This document shows, piece after piece, positions 39,965 through 51,451 of a DNA stretch of 64,000 bases; position 1 is the first letter of the stretch, and each line of letters opens with the position of its first letter. Location of the stretch: NCBI GenBank assembly GCA_010093705.1, contig MU006094.1, positions 409,550-473,549 on the forward strand, read 5' to 3'. The stretch is from Patellaria atrata CBS 101060. Its lineage: Eukaryota. The translations under genes were made by a program, and so were the position numbers. The notes beneath the pieces are model-generated. The model was given only the letters and a program-made list of their open reading frames with translations. It did no database searches and was not told the DNA's origin.

Positions 39965-41029
39965 CTATAAGTTCGTCAAGTAATCTTCGACTTCCTGAGG
40001 ACTCAACTTCCGGAATCTGGGCCCTTGGGCACCGGCAACACCTTCGAAGCCTAATAACCTCTCCTCAGGTGGACCCACAATACCTGCGAATGAATTATAA
40101 GCATTTGCATCGTGTACCAGAGAAAAGGAGATAAGCTTACCAATCTCCACAGTTTCACCATTCATTTCACCCTCTATGGTCTCCTTGAGAGTAAGAAGTG
40201 CGATATGAATGGCATCCTCGAGCTCAAGGCCCTCTGTATATCGTTTCTCCAAGAATGTCTTCGCACTAGTGGCGCTCTTGCCAATGGCTGTAGCTTTCCA
40301 AGGGAAGTAGCTCCCACTTGGATCTACCTGATACAAACTTGGGCCTCCTTTCAGAATACCACCAGTCTTCCCAGACGCACGTTGCTTCTCGGCTTCCGGC
40401 TCACCGGTGTCCTTGGCCTCACTGTCTGGCTCGATACCATCATCCCATCCTGCAATGAGCAGACTGACACCGTACGGTCTTACGCCACCTGACTGTGTTG
40501 CCTCTTGCATGACCCGAGCGACATCCTGTACCAATATCCTCGTGGGTGGGTATTCATTGTAGATCCGCTTATAACCAGTATGTGAAACTTTTCGCGCCTT
40601 GTCGACGAGTATTCGATAATCTGGTCCCATTCCAGAATAGACCATGCCAATGTTTGGTGTGATCAGGCTGACCTTCGATGACGACTGCGAATCGATCAGA
40701 GGCGAGGAGGATTTCTTTTCTGTAGCAAGAACTATTCCATTGCTCGCTAAAAAGCTATTAGTTCAGTTTCCTGTTCTTTTCTATTCTATCTTCATGTACC
40801 TTTAATTCCCAGCGACGTTACTCCTTGGTTCACAGCATTCAGCGCATATTCTAGGACCGTGAGTCTATTGATTTGGTCCAAAATATCTCCTCCTAATGTG
40901 CGGACGTACCTATTTGAACTAATTTCCCGCTTTGACATGTTAGCAAGGTATTCTGTGGTGATTAGGGAGCTATAATGGTGTTTACCTTGGTGAGAAAGTC
41001 GTGAGTGAAAATGAATATCTATCCGCCAT
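39965..41029 (-). CDS. PRE8: 20S proteasome subunit alpha-2; 5 exons
   Basis: [75 protein letters not shown]. Confidence 0.97.
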
Positions 41030-41609
41030 AATGGGCAAATGTACTCAAACAAGGATTAAAAAAAGTGTCGAGGACGAGAGATTGGGAATTACTTGAAGAG
41101 AGTATGGAGCTCTTGTCAGTTCGCCGTTGTTAGTGTAGCTATTCAATCGATGAAGTTGCGTCCGCGGTGTAAGGTAGCTTTAGCCGCCATTAGAACTAGG
41201 CAAGCTCCGATTCGCGTCCAAGCACGGTCACGTGAAGGGCTCTTTGACCGTCCGAAGTTCTACGGAACGGAAGTTCAATTATCCACTCCATTGCCTTTCA
41301 ACTTCCATCAATTTCTATTCTGACACTTGTTCTAGACGACGGAAGGCTTTCTTATTGCCATCTCGACGATGAGATAGTCTGACTCTAGGGCATACAATGA
41401 CTTCTAGCCGCTCTTCACTCTTATCTGTGGAGAACGAAATGTTAAGCCAGCTTCGTTCCGTTTATCGACCATACTATAACACGTGAAATCCAATACCAAC
41501 CTTCCTTAATCCCATACTCTACCCGCTACTTCCCGGACATCTTTGGCTCTGCAGACTGAGGAAGCTATCGTGCTTCGTACACTTTCGGAACTTCAATACA
41601 GGAACGAGA

Positions 41610-42697
41610 ATGGCCTCGAGTGGGTTTGAAGCTCGCCCTGGATGGCAATGGCCTGAGGACTTGGCGGATCTAGGGGTTGACACAGATACTAATGCCAGAA
41701 ACACATATCATCAGCATCCTTCAGATGGAAGCCCGCCTAATGGACAAGAAAGTTCATCGAATCGACGGTCCCAATCACCCAGGCCGTCGAAACATTATAA
41801 ACCTCGAACATGTCGGATTTGTCTAGACATAGTACAGCCGACTTGGAATGCCCCTTCTGAACACCTTCCCGGCTTCATGCAGCGCGAACCAAACGTTACT
41901 TATGAGTCTGAGCAAGGTCGCCTTATTAGCCCATGTAAGTGCAAGGGTTCGTCGAAGTATGTGCATGAAGGCTGTCTCCAGCAATGGCGCCATGCCGATC
42001 CGTCGTATGGTGCGAGGCATTACTGGAAATGTCCCACTTGTGGTTTCAAGTATCGATTAGAACGGATGAACTGGGGAAAATTTATCGGTAGCACGGGTAA
42101 GAATATTGTACCTCAGGTCCTTGCATATATCATTATCTCTAACTGATGCCTTAGGCGCACAAATACTTCTAACAGTTCTTATCTTCATGGTTGCTATCTT
42201 TATTCTTGGTTTCATTGCCGATCCAATCATCAATTTGTACCTAGATCCGTATGGATCCATTGTGCCCTTTATTGAACCAAAGTATAAGAACATTCCGGAT
42301 CCAGAGCCTTCAACCTGGTCTGAACACGCTGTCAAAGGTCTCGCTTCCCTTGGTCTCCTGGGCTTTTTGAAAGTGTTTCTCGCAGGGCCATGGTGGCATT
42401 TCCGGATTGGCGGTGGTGGAGGTCGTCGTAGAGCAACAACAGGCCGTGACAGGCTTGCCGACGTCAGTTGGTTTGTCATTATGGTTGGAGTTATGACGTT
42501 TCTATGGGTATGTGACTCCCGGTTGTATTTATGGAAATATACTAACAGAAGATTAGACACTCTGGAAGGGCGTCCGTGCGTGGTCTCGCATGTCGTTGAA
42601 GAAAGCGGGAGAGCGTGTTGTAGATATTCAAGGTGATGGCGATGATGATGACGATGAGGACGAGAACGCTGTTCCATCGGGAGTACCGTCAGGTTAA
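41610..42697 (+). CDS. RING-CH (RINGv/MARCH-type) membrane E3 ubiquitin ligase; 3 exons
   Basis: CRICLD...LISPCKCKGSSKYVHEGCLQQWR...CPTCGFKY (C4HC3), followed by TM helices and an acidic tail; stop at 42695-42697. Confidence 0.9.
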
Positions 42698-43368
42698 ATA
42701 GAGGTGAAATTTTCCCCTTTGATCAGGTAGGGGTCATAATACGATTTCTATTCCACAATTTATAAAGCGATCATAAACCCTATGAAGTTTTCATTCATGT
42801 CAGTTCTACGACCTAAACCGCTGTTGCCCGCCAAAATTCTCTCAACACGTGGTAGAATAATGTCCAACGCGTCCAGACCCAATTTGATATCAATTTCATT
42901 TTCGGCGACGTTCAATGAGTTTTTCCAACATATCCCTAAATCAAAAGGTCACCGAAATCGAGAGTGCACCGTCGGAGATTTACTCTCACGTGCGATCTCC
43001 CCTAAATCATCCGCACTTCTTTAAGTTGTCACGATCTACCAATATGGCGTGCCGATTAGTCATAGTGCGCAGAATAAACGCGTCTTATGACTCTGCGACG
43101 GTTTGGGACGTTCTGTCCCCCTGAGCTCAGTGCAAGACTGCATACTGTCCATCAGGAAAGACTTTCAGCTGTCCAGGTCTTCAGTGACTAGGTTGAAATG
43201 TCTTTTTAGGGACAGAAATACTTTTGCTACCTATATCACAATCCCAACATCCTCTCTACACAAGTGGAGTTCATTGCTGAAAGATATTTCTTCAGATCAC
43301 CCACAACTTTGAGTTTAGAGCATTTCCCGTCGATAATAGCATTCTATCCTGTCGCTATATCATTTCAT

Positions 43369-44922
43369 TCAGTTCTCGCACAGTACTTTCGCCTTAACTA
43401 AGAGGTGCGCTCGGCCTGAGTCTGCTAGCTTCTCCAATCCGGGAAAAGTAATACAATATACTTTCTTAACCGCTTCCATCTCGTCTTCCTCTGTCTCTTC
43501 CGCTGCAAATGCTTCCATTCCAGTATGATCAAACACCAATTCCTCCTTCTCATTTCTAGATGGCGGGAAGATGACACGATATTGTGCGTGTTGTTGTATT
43601 AGCGTTCTCGACAATTCTACGACCTGTTGGATGATGGAGTGAAGTTGCGCTCTAGTCTCCTTCGAAAACTGATCCGCACCTGTGAGGTCATGTATGATCC
43701 TTTCCGTCTGTGATACGAGTGTGTCGACGAGTACCGCCGCAGTCGTCTCTAATGTCCGATCGCCATCTTTTTGCAAAATGGTATAAGTAGCAGCCCTCCA
43801 CTGCTGAAAATCTCCTGGCGACTTCGTAGCATGTAAGTACTCGAACAGCGAATGAAGCTGTCCCAACGCTCCTTCTCTCGGCAATCCAAAAAGATGCTCG
43901 TCCCTCAGGATCCCCACAACCTGCCGTGCGACTATACCCTGCAACACTGCAATCTTTGCCCCTGACGGCGTTCCTGTTCCCATCCCATACCCTGGAGCGA
44001 CACTCCTTACCAGCTCCCCCGTCAGCCCCGTCAGCCCTTCCGTCCTCAACTTAGACCGCCGAAAATTACTGATTACCCATTCCCGCACCCTATGATGTAG
44101 ATGCCCCAACACCTCCACGATCTCTCGATCAGTAACTTGGCTATCCACTCTCGTGAGGCTCGAAATACTCGTCTTCAGCTCCATCAGCTGCGCATGATAC
44201 GCCCGCGCATCTTCTTCATACATTCGCGCTTCCCGTTCCGCCGTGTGTAGCCGCTCCAGTAGCTGGTTCCGCTCACGACTGCGTTCACCGCGCTCTCTGT
44301 GGAGGGCGCGTGTCCACGCCATGTCACGGTCCGCGAGCTCTGCGCTGGCGTCTTGGATCCGGGATTGGAGAGATGCGCGTTCTTGGGACCAGGAACGGCG
44401 GGATGGAGGTTGGGATGATTCCTGTGGCACGCTACTACGAGAGGCTCGTTCGAGTTCTGCTTTATAACTATCGAGGGTTTCACGGAAGAGGAGCTCGTGG
44501 GCTTGGAGCTGGGAGATTTCCTCTGACATGCGTCTTTGTTCGGCTTGGGCTGCTAGCAAAGCTTTTTCGAGCTCCGTGAGTCGGTCTGGATGTAGGTTGG
44601 GGGATTGGCTGGAGGACTGGGCGTCGTGGAAGGTGTTGTTAGGGGAGGAATCGGCGCTGGGTGGGCTGTTGTCGGTGCTCTGGGAGGAGGGTTTTTGCTC
44701 GGTGGGTGTTTGATATCGACGACGAGGTTCGTCTTTGGTAGCCTTTTCGGCAGCTATGGCGGCTTTAGGGGGTGCACTAATAACGCTGGACGACGAAGAT
44801 GTTTTGGGCGTGCGAAAGGAGGGTTTTGGAGTTCGTCGATGGCGAGAAGAGGGGTCTGAGAAAGGGGAGAGATGAATTAGTTCACTGTTAGGTTCTATTC
44901 TGTTTGCATCTTCTCGTCTCAT
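43369..44922 (-). CDS. Uncharacterised protein: disordered N-terminus, long coiled coil, helical region and GrpE-like C-terminal beta region; start uncertain
   Basis: Open frame of over 500 codons with a heptad-rich segment (LTELEKALLAAQAEQRRMSEEISQL...). C-terminus FDHTGMEA...VYCITFPGLEK...LLVKAKVLC. Confidence 0.8.
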   Translation of the reverse strand: MRREDANRIEPNSELIHLSPFSDPSSRHRRTPKPSFRTPKTSSSSSVISAPPKAAIAAEKATKDEPRRRYQTPTEQKPSSQSTDNSPPSADSSPNNTFHDAQSSSQSPNLHPDRLTELEKALLAAQAEQRRMSEEISQLQAHELLFRETLDSYKAELERASRSSVPQESSQPPSRRSWSQERASLQSRIQDASAELADRDMAWTRALHRERGERSRERNQLLERLHTAEREARMYEEDARAYHAQLMELKTSISSLTRVDSQVTDREIVEVLGHLHHRVREWVISNFRRSKLRTEGLTGLTGELVRSVAPGYGMGTGTPSGAKIAVLQGIVARQVVGILRDEHLFGLPREGALGQLHSLFEYLHATKSPGDFQQWRAATYTILQKDGDRTLETTAAVLVDTLVSQTERIIHDLTGADQFSKETRAQLHSIIQQVVELSRTLIQQHAQYRVIFPPSRNEKEELVFDHTGMEAFAAEETEEDEMEAVKKVYCITFPGLEKLADSGRAHLLVKAKVLCEN

Positions 44923-45704
44923 GTTGTTCTCGTCCAAACTTGTTACCGTCTGAGGATGGCGGGATGGAGAAATATCAGGGAGAGGTGCGTAGTGCCTAAT
45001 AGCTCACCTGGACTATGTTTATCCTGGCCCGCCATCGATGCTTATTTGTACACGATCTCTCCTTGAGACCATTTCCCAGGGAGTCAAAAATTTGCGTATT
45101 TCGCAAGGGCTACACTATGGAATCAAGGTAGTTTGGGCGTTTAAGCTGGGCCATTTTTGAGAACTCTAGTGGTGGGGAGCTTAAAGTTTGGCCCCTTACT
45201 CTTCAGCTCCCAAGGCTTAGTAACATTAGTCGTGGGTTTGCCAAAAAGTCACCTTGCTTCTACGAGCAATTCTCAGACGAGTTCTAAGCATATCCAAATT
45301 CTAAAAGCATCACTAAAATCCCCGTATTAATTAGAATATATTCCTTTGATCTCGAACTGATACCTATTACTGTGGTGTTGTTAATTCAACCTTGAACTAA
45401 GGGTGTTTTGGTGGTCCCATCGATGTTGGGTGGTTTGCAGTCCTACCACTAATGTTACCAAGCCTTGTCCCATAATTGTTCTAGCAGATCTACGACATTT
45501 CCTGTACATATTTGTCGGTGCCTAGTCAGGCAGTCACTTATTCCTATACGAAGATACTTTGCCACAAGGCTCTGTCCCATAAGATAAGGTCGCGTAAATG
45601 ATTGTCAGCAGATTTCTAGTTGCGTTCTCTTCTATGTCGCTGAGAGTTCGATAGTGGGCAAGAGCAGAATTACTTGAATATACTTTACCTATACAAGAGC
45701 TAGG

Positions 45705-47821
45705 ATGAGCTCTTCACACCTACCCTTGAGGGCGGCGAGCTCCTCATACCCTCCATACACCGGGGAAACGAACGGTGGCGCGAATGGAAAGTCTGCCGGT
45801 ATGGGAGCCACTTCCAAACCTTCGACAAGCACTAGCGGTGCGGCACCTACGAACGACCGATTGATAGTAGGTGTTGACTTTGGAACGACATATTCCGGGT
45901 AGGAAGCTATGCTGTAATATTGCTCTATTGGTGGCACATGATGCTAACAATTTCATAGTGTTGCCGCCGTGTATAGCGCAACCCCTGAAGACATAGATAT
46001 TATCAAGACGTGAGTCTACTCACCTTCAAAATCATATAGATCAACCAACAAACCCTTGAAGATGGCCTGGAGGGAATGGCATAACCTCCGACAAAGTCCC
46101 CACTGAGATCGCGTACGTCTCTTCTCCCTCGAACGCATCGAGTACATCGCTAGGCTCCAATGGCGAGAGCAAGCCGCAGGATATAAAATGGGGTTTTCAG
46201 TTCAAGCCAGAAGAGTCAAGGTTACGGTGTATAAAGTTATTTCTCGATCGAAACCAGCAGTTACCCCATTTCGTATCGCCGTTAGACACAGCAGCCCAAC
46301 TAAAGAACTATGGGAGGACTGTAATGGATGCGGTATCCGACTACCTGACTCAGATATATAAACATACAATGGATACTTTGACAAGACGATATGGAGAAAC
46401 ATTTATGTCGTTAACGAAGGTTCAATTTGTGCTCACCGTTCCAGCCGTATGGTCGGATGCCGCCAAAAATTCAACCCTCAAAGCTGCAGAAAGAGCCGGA
46501 ATGGGGAACATGCACGATCTGAAACTGATATCGGAACCAGAAGCTGCGGCAGTATACACACTAAAGGCAATTCAACCGAACCACTTGCGGATAGGCGATA
46601 ACTTCATTGTCTGCGATGCCGGTGGCGGAACCGTGGATCTGATTGCTTATAAGATTATACAACTGAGCCCTCTAAGAGTCGAGGAATCAGCTGTTGGAAC
46701 AGGTGGACTTTGCGGTTCGGCATTTCTAAATTACCGATTTGAAGACCACGTTAGGAGCCGGGTAGGAGAGGAGCGATACACGCAGATGCGTGAGAAGAAA
46801 GCGAAAACCTGGAATATGGGCCTTAAGTACTTCGAAGAGTTTGTCAAGCGCAATTTCTCCGACGAAGAACACGCAGAAGTGAATATCCCTTTCCCCGGTC
46901 TTCCTGACGATGAGGACGCAGGCTTGGATAGCGGATTCCTTGTCATGAGCGCGGAGCAAGTGAAAGAGATTTTCGAGCCAGTTGTCAGCGAAGTTATTGA
47001 CCTTGTAGAAGGACAAGTCAACAAGATCAGACAAAAGGGAGGTAACGTCTCTGGCATCGTTCTCGTAGGTGGCTTCGGCCAGTCGAACTATCTATATCAG
47101 CGCATGCGTACACACTTCAACACTGCACCCCCACCTCCGTACACAGAACGACCTACGCATGCTGTGGCATTACAGTCGAACCAATCGATCGAGGTGATGC
47201 ACCCTATGTATGCGTGGACAGCTGTCGTACGTGGAGCCGTATTACGAGGGTTAGAGGGAAGCATGGTTGTGTCAAGAAGAAGCAGATGGCACTACGGTAC
47301 TAGTTATGCTACTGTATTCGATGAAACGAGACATCCAGTAAGTGATAGATACTGGAGTCCGTTATGGGAGCGGTGGATGGTCAGCGATCGAATGCAGTGG
47401 CATATAGCGAAGGTAAGTTCCTCAGTACATCTCCATATTAGAGCTTCCCATCAGACATATTAGGGTTTATTGTTAACTTTCCGATTAGGGTGCACAAGTT
47501 TCAGACTCTCAACCCATATCCTTCCATTATACCCGCAACTTCCGTCCGGGCCAGAGTTTGATTGTCGAAGATGACCTGATTGCGTGCGATTCCGATGTCG
47601 CCCCTGATTCTTACCAGAAGGGTCTTATCAACGTGTGCACACTGACTACAGACTTGAATACAGTACCCAAGTCACTTTTCACGAGATTGACAACGACGAA
47701 GGGTGTCGAGTTTGATAATTTGGACTTTACTCTCGATATGAGGATCGAGAGTGCGAGCCTGAAGTTTGAGTTGAGGGTGGACGGGGTTAAGTACGGGAGT
47801 GTGGAGGCGAAGTTCCATTAA
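45705..47821 (+). CDS. Atypical Hsp70-like protein (HSPA12/fungal actin-like ATPase type); 4 exons
   Basis: LIVGVDFGTTYSG, WPGG..TSDKVPTEI, FVLTVPAVWSD, ISEPEAAA, VCDAGGGTVDL, GGLCGS, LVGGFGQSNYL, WTAVVRGAV. No canonical Hsp70 lid or EEVD tail. Confidence 0.92.
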
Positions 47822-48259
47822 TTATGAGGGTGAAGGATATCGTTAGATACTCGATTCAATGATGGGTATCATGATGTGAGGGCGCGGTAAATAGGAGTAG
47901 AGGATACTTGGTACATATTATCCCAATCTGGATAGTTCCGATAGGACAAATGTCAATTTCTTCTACTGTACCTTAAGCTCATGCAAATTATGATTCCTTT
48001 AACAGAAAAATGAATATGTGACATTTGGTACAAGAATCCCTACCAAAATGACCTCAGATCTAATTATAGAAAGTAACTAAGGCACTGCTACTCATAGTAA
48101 ATCCGAGGTAATTTTTCAGCCTTATGAACCAAGGACCCCTCCCCGCCAAAAACTTCCCCCTCCAAAATCTATAAAATCACAAAATTTACCTTCAAGCTCA
48201 CTACCTACCTACCAACCGCCCAAAATATCTCAACGACAACAAGCCCACGACGACTCTAA

Positions 48260-48577
48260 ATGGCCGACTCCTACTACGACGAGATCGAGATCGAAGACAT
48301 GGTCTTCGACACGAAGCTGCAGCTCTACCACTTCCCGTGCCCGTGCGGCGACCGGTTCGAGATCTCGCTCGGTGACCTCAGGGACGGGGAAGACGTCGCC
48401 GTCTGTCCGACGTGCAGCTTGATGATTAAGGTTATCTTTGAAGCTGTGGGATATTAATATATGTGTAGTGGTTTGGGCAGTGTGCTAATGCGGTCATAGA
48501 GCGATTTGCCACAGGAGCAGCCGGTGAAGACGGAGAAGGAGACGCCGAGGCAGATTGTTGCTGTTGTGGGGATGTAG
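48260..48577 (+). CDS. DPH3: Diphthamide biosynthesis protein 3 (CSL zinc finger); intron 48446-48499
   Basis: YDEIEIEDM...[37 protein letters not shown]. Confidence 0.95.
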
Positions 48578-48993
48578 GAGTGAGGGGTTGGGAGATGTGT
48601 ATGTTATATAATTAAAGACCTTAGGTGGGACGGGTCGCGGTGGGAGGAGGGGGGAGTGCGGTGATGAAGATTCCTGATGGACTCACCGTGAGAGGCGCGG
48701 GGATCATCTGTCTTGAGGAACATACGGTGTTCCAAGGACACGAGATGATAAGGAATGGGAAAGACTGGTTGGAAAGATTCAATACTGGCGAAGAACAGCG
48801 CGTCGTGACGATGGAAACGATACGGGCGCAAGTTCAGCGAGTGGTTTTGAGAGACGCCTAAATTTTTGGCAGGATAGACAGGATTTGTTATGCTTATTGT
48901 ACAAAATATCAAGAGGCCTTCAGCCGTTCCGGCTAATACCTGTACTCAGACTTTCTCCCGTAACGCCATTGGGTTGTCGCTAACGCATGTGTT

Positions 48994-49679
48994 TTACGGT
49001 GTATCGGGGTCAATGCCTAGCTCGATGCCTAACTCCTTCCTCAGAAGTTGGGTCAAGGAAGAATTGTCCCTGATATAGATCCAATCTCCAACGCCTCCAC
49101 CCTCCTTCTCATGCTGAGACTCGCCTTCGACAACGTAATCGTAGCGCTTCGGGCCAGAGATGGGGGAACTGAGCCAGATCTGCTTGTTTGGGGGTTGCTT
49201 GTTGATGACATAGGTTCCTTTATTGGGCACGGTAACGGAGAGGATGCCAGCCTGGAAGGAAAACAATTAGCTCCAGCTTATCCCCTGTAGGAGAAAACAC
49301 ATACTGAATATTCAACCTCCATGTCTTCCCTAGATTCTTGCATAGCTTCGAGTTTCGAGTTCAGCTCCTCCAGATACTGGTCCGCAATCTCATGATATTG
49401 CTCGCTACTGATCTGAGCTGGCGCCTTTTGCTCCGGCGATTCGCTTTCCTTTGGACCTGGATCCTGAGCATCGGGCATTAAGCTGCTCAATGAGGGCGAG
49501 GAGTGAAATTCCCGGGGACCAGGAAATGCGAAGTATTTCAATGGAGTCGAGACATGGCGGCGGAACGTAGCTGTGTTGAGAGACTTTACACCCAGCGAGG
49601 GCGATACGATGATGTCAGCGCGACGGAGTGTGACTCGCATAGAGCCATTGGCGGAGCGGACGATGCGTCTGGATAGCAT
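48994..49679 (-). CDS. YFH1: Frataxin, mitochondrial; 2 exons
   Basis: Arg/Ser-rich presequence, [47 protein letters not shown]. Confidence 0.96.
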
Positions 49680-49911
49680 CTTTAAAGAATGCAGACAGAG
49701 ATTGATTTCTCCGTATGCAAACTTTGATGTAGCTGTTTGGTGGAGCGGAGATGCTGTGCCCTCTCCAGATTGTTTGTTATAGCCCGAGATTGAGAGCTGC
49801 GGAGCTTGGACCACCTTGACCTTTCCACCCCACATCCTGTGAAATGCACCTCATGCTTACCATCCCTATCGTGGATTCGACGACAATTATGCGCAACGAT
49901 CGTCCACCAAG

Positions 49912-50570
49912 ATGATAAACGCAGTTTTGGTTTTCAATAACTCGGGACAACCTCGTCTCACGAAATTCTATACCCAGCTCGTATGTTCCTTAACCCTCTA
50001 ATCCGCCATCACTAACCTGAACTCACATAGGACACTGCCGTCCAACAACGCCTGATCTCCGAGATCTTCACCCTCGTCTCCAACCGTCCGAACTCCTCCT
50101 GTAACTTCCTCCCGTACGTTTCCCTCCTATACCCCCTATCATCTCCCCTGAAACCCCCCTAAACCGTTCACTGTAGGCTGCCACCCCTCCTCGCCGCTTC
50201 CTCTACTACTACCTCAACTCCCAACACTGACGCACCCTCCCTCGTAACCTACCGCCACTACGCAACGCTCTACTTCATCCTAATATCCACTTCCACTGAA
50301 TCTCCCCTCGCCCTCCTTGACTTCATCCAAGTCTTTGTCGAAGCGCTCGACCGACTCTTCGAGAATGTCTGTGAGCTAGACCTAATCTTCAATTTTGAAA
50401 CCCTGCATGCGGCGCTAGGTGAGATGATCGTGGGGGGTGTGGTGATTGAGACGGCGCTAGATAAGGTGGTTAAAGGTGTCAGGGAACAGGGAAGAGTTGC
50501 GAAGAGGCCGGTGAACGAGGGGTTGAATTTGGGGGCGAGAGGTTTGGGTGGGCTGGGCAGGGCGAGATAG
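49912..50570 (+). CDS. APS3: AP-3 adaptor complex sigma subunit; 3 exons (not in the ORF track)
   Basis: MINAVLVFNNSGQPRLTKFY|...SCNFLP|...YRHYATLYF...TESPLALLDFIQVFVEALDRLFENVCELDLIFN. Confidence 0.95.
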
Positions 50571-51315
50571 GAATATGGAGATGTGGTATTTTTGCGCAAC
50601 TTTATTGGTGGGACTTCTAAAGATTGAGGCTGGGATTGGATCGACCTAAGTGACGACGTTTGAGCATGCGACGAGCGTGAACCACCACCCCCCTTTGAGT
50701 TACCGATAACCTCCTGAGCTGCTGCTTGATATGGAATCTTTAAGGTGAGTGCTCAACTCTAGAAATGGAAATGGAGGGAATGTTCTCAACGATATGAGAG
50801 GACTGTATAGTGTACGGTGGATAGAGACAAGCCTCCTATTTGGAGATACGCAACGACTCGATATGTCGCCAACATTTATCTGCGGGTTAATTCCCGAGGA
50901 ATAATCAAAGAATACAAAGAAGAAGAAAAAATTGAAATAATCTCGCACCGGAAGCCAAAGTGTAGTAACCTGCCGACTATCAGGGTGTAAAATGTGAATC
51001 CCCAGAATCCCAACGGCACCCGTCATAGCTCAGGAAAAAATCAATGATTTAGCATTAACAGATAAACATCTTTACTTTGGCTATGGAATAATTACGATCT
51101 TAAGGTATCACTTAAAAAAATAGGTTGCTAACTCGTTCCGATCAAACGTTCAACTCAGGCACGTCCTCTCAACAGCTTCAATAACCTCCCTCCAAATACG
51201 TTCCGTCAGCCTCTTCCCCTCTTTGTCTTGAAGTGGTTGCGTCATTCTATCTGACTTAAATAAAAAAATGAAATCTACTAAGGAAATTCAGAATTGAAAA
51301 ATAAATAAAAATTGC

Positions 51316-51451
51316 AAAAAGCAGTTCCCCCGCCGAAGCGGAGTACATCTGCCCTCCCCTCGAGGGGAGCCGGCCGGGTATCGAACTCGGGCCGCCGAGA
51401 TTGATTTTATATGAAGGATAGGGACGACATATCTGCCTTATCGGCTAACCC
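51316..51451 (-). ncRNA. tRNA-like Pol III transcription unit with 3' hairpin extension (pseudo-tRNA, SINE head or novel ncRNA)
   Basis: A-box-like TAGCCGATAAGG, B-box GAGTTCGATACCC in a T-arm, D-stem GATA/TGTC and an imperfect acceptor stem. Two downstream hairpins are followed by TTTTT. Confidence 0.55.

Noticed and set aside
24811..48577. RCC1 protein and DPH3 as a Kti13/Kti11 cluster
   Set aside because: They are 22 kb apart with unrelated genes between, and the RCC1 protein cannot be assigned to Kti13/Ats1 by eye.
34593..51451. Functional link between DCL2 and the tRNA-like RNA or the transposons
   Set aside because: Proximity only; DCL2 sits among housekeeping genes.
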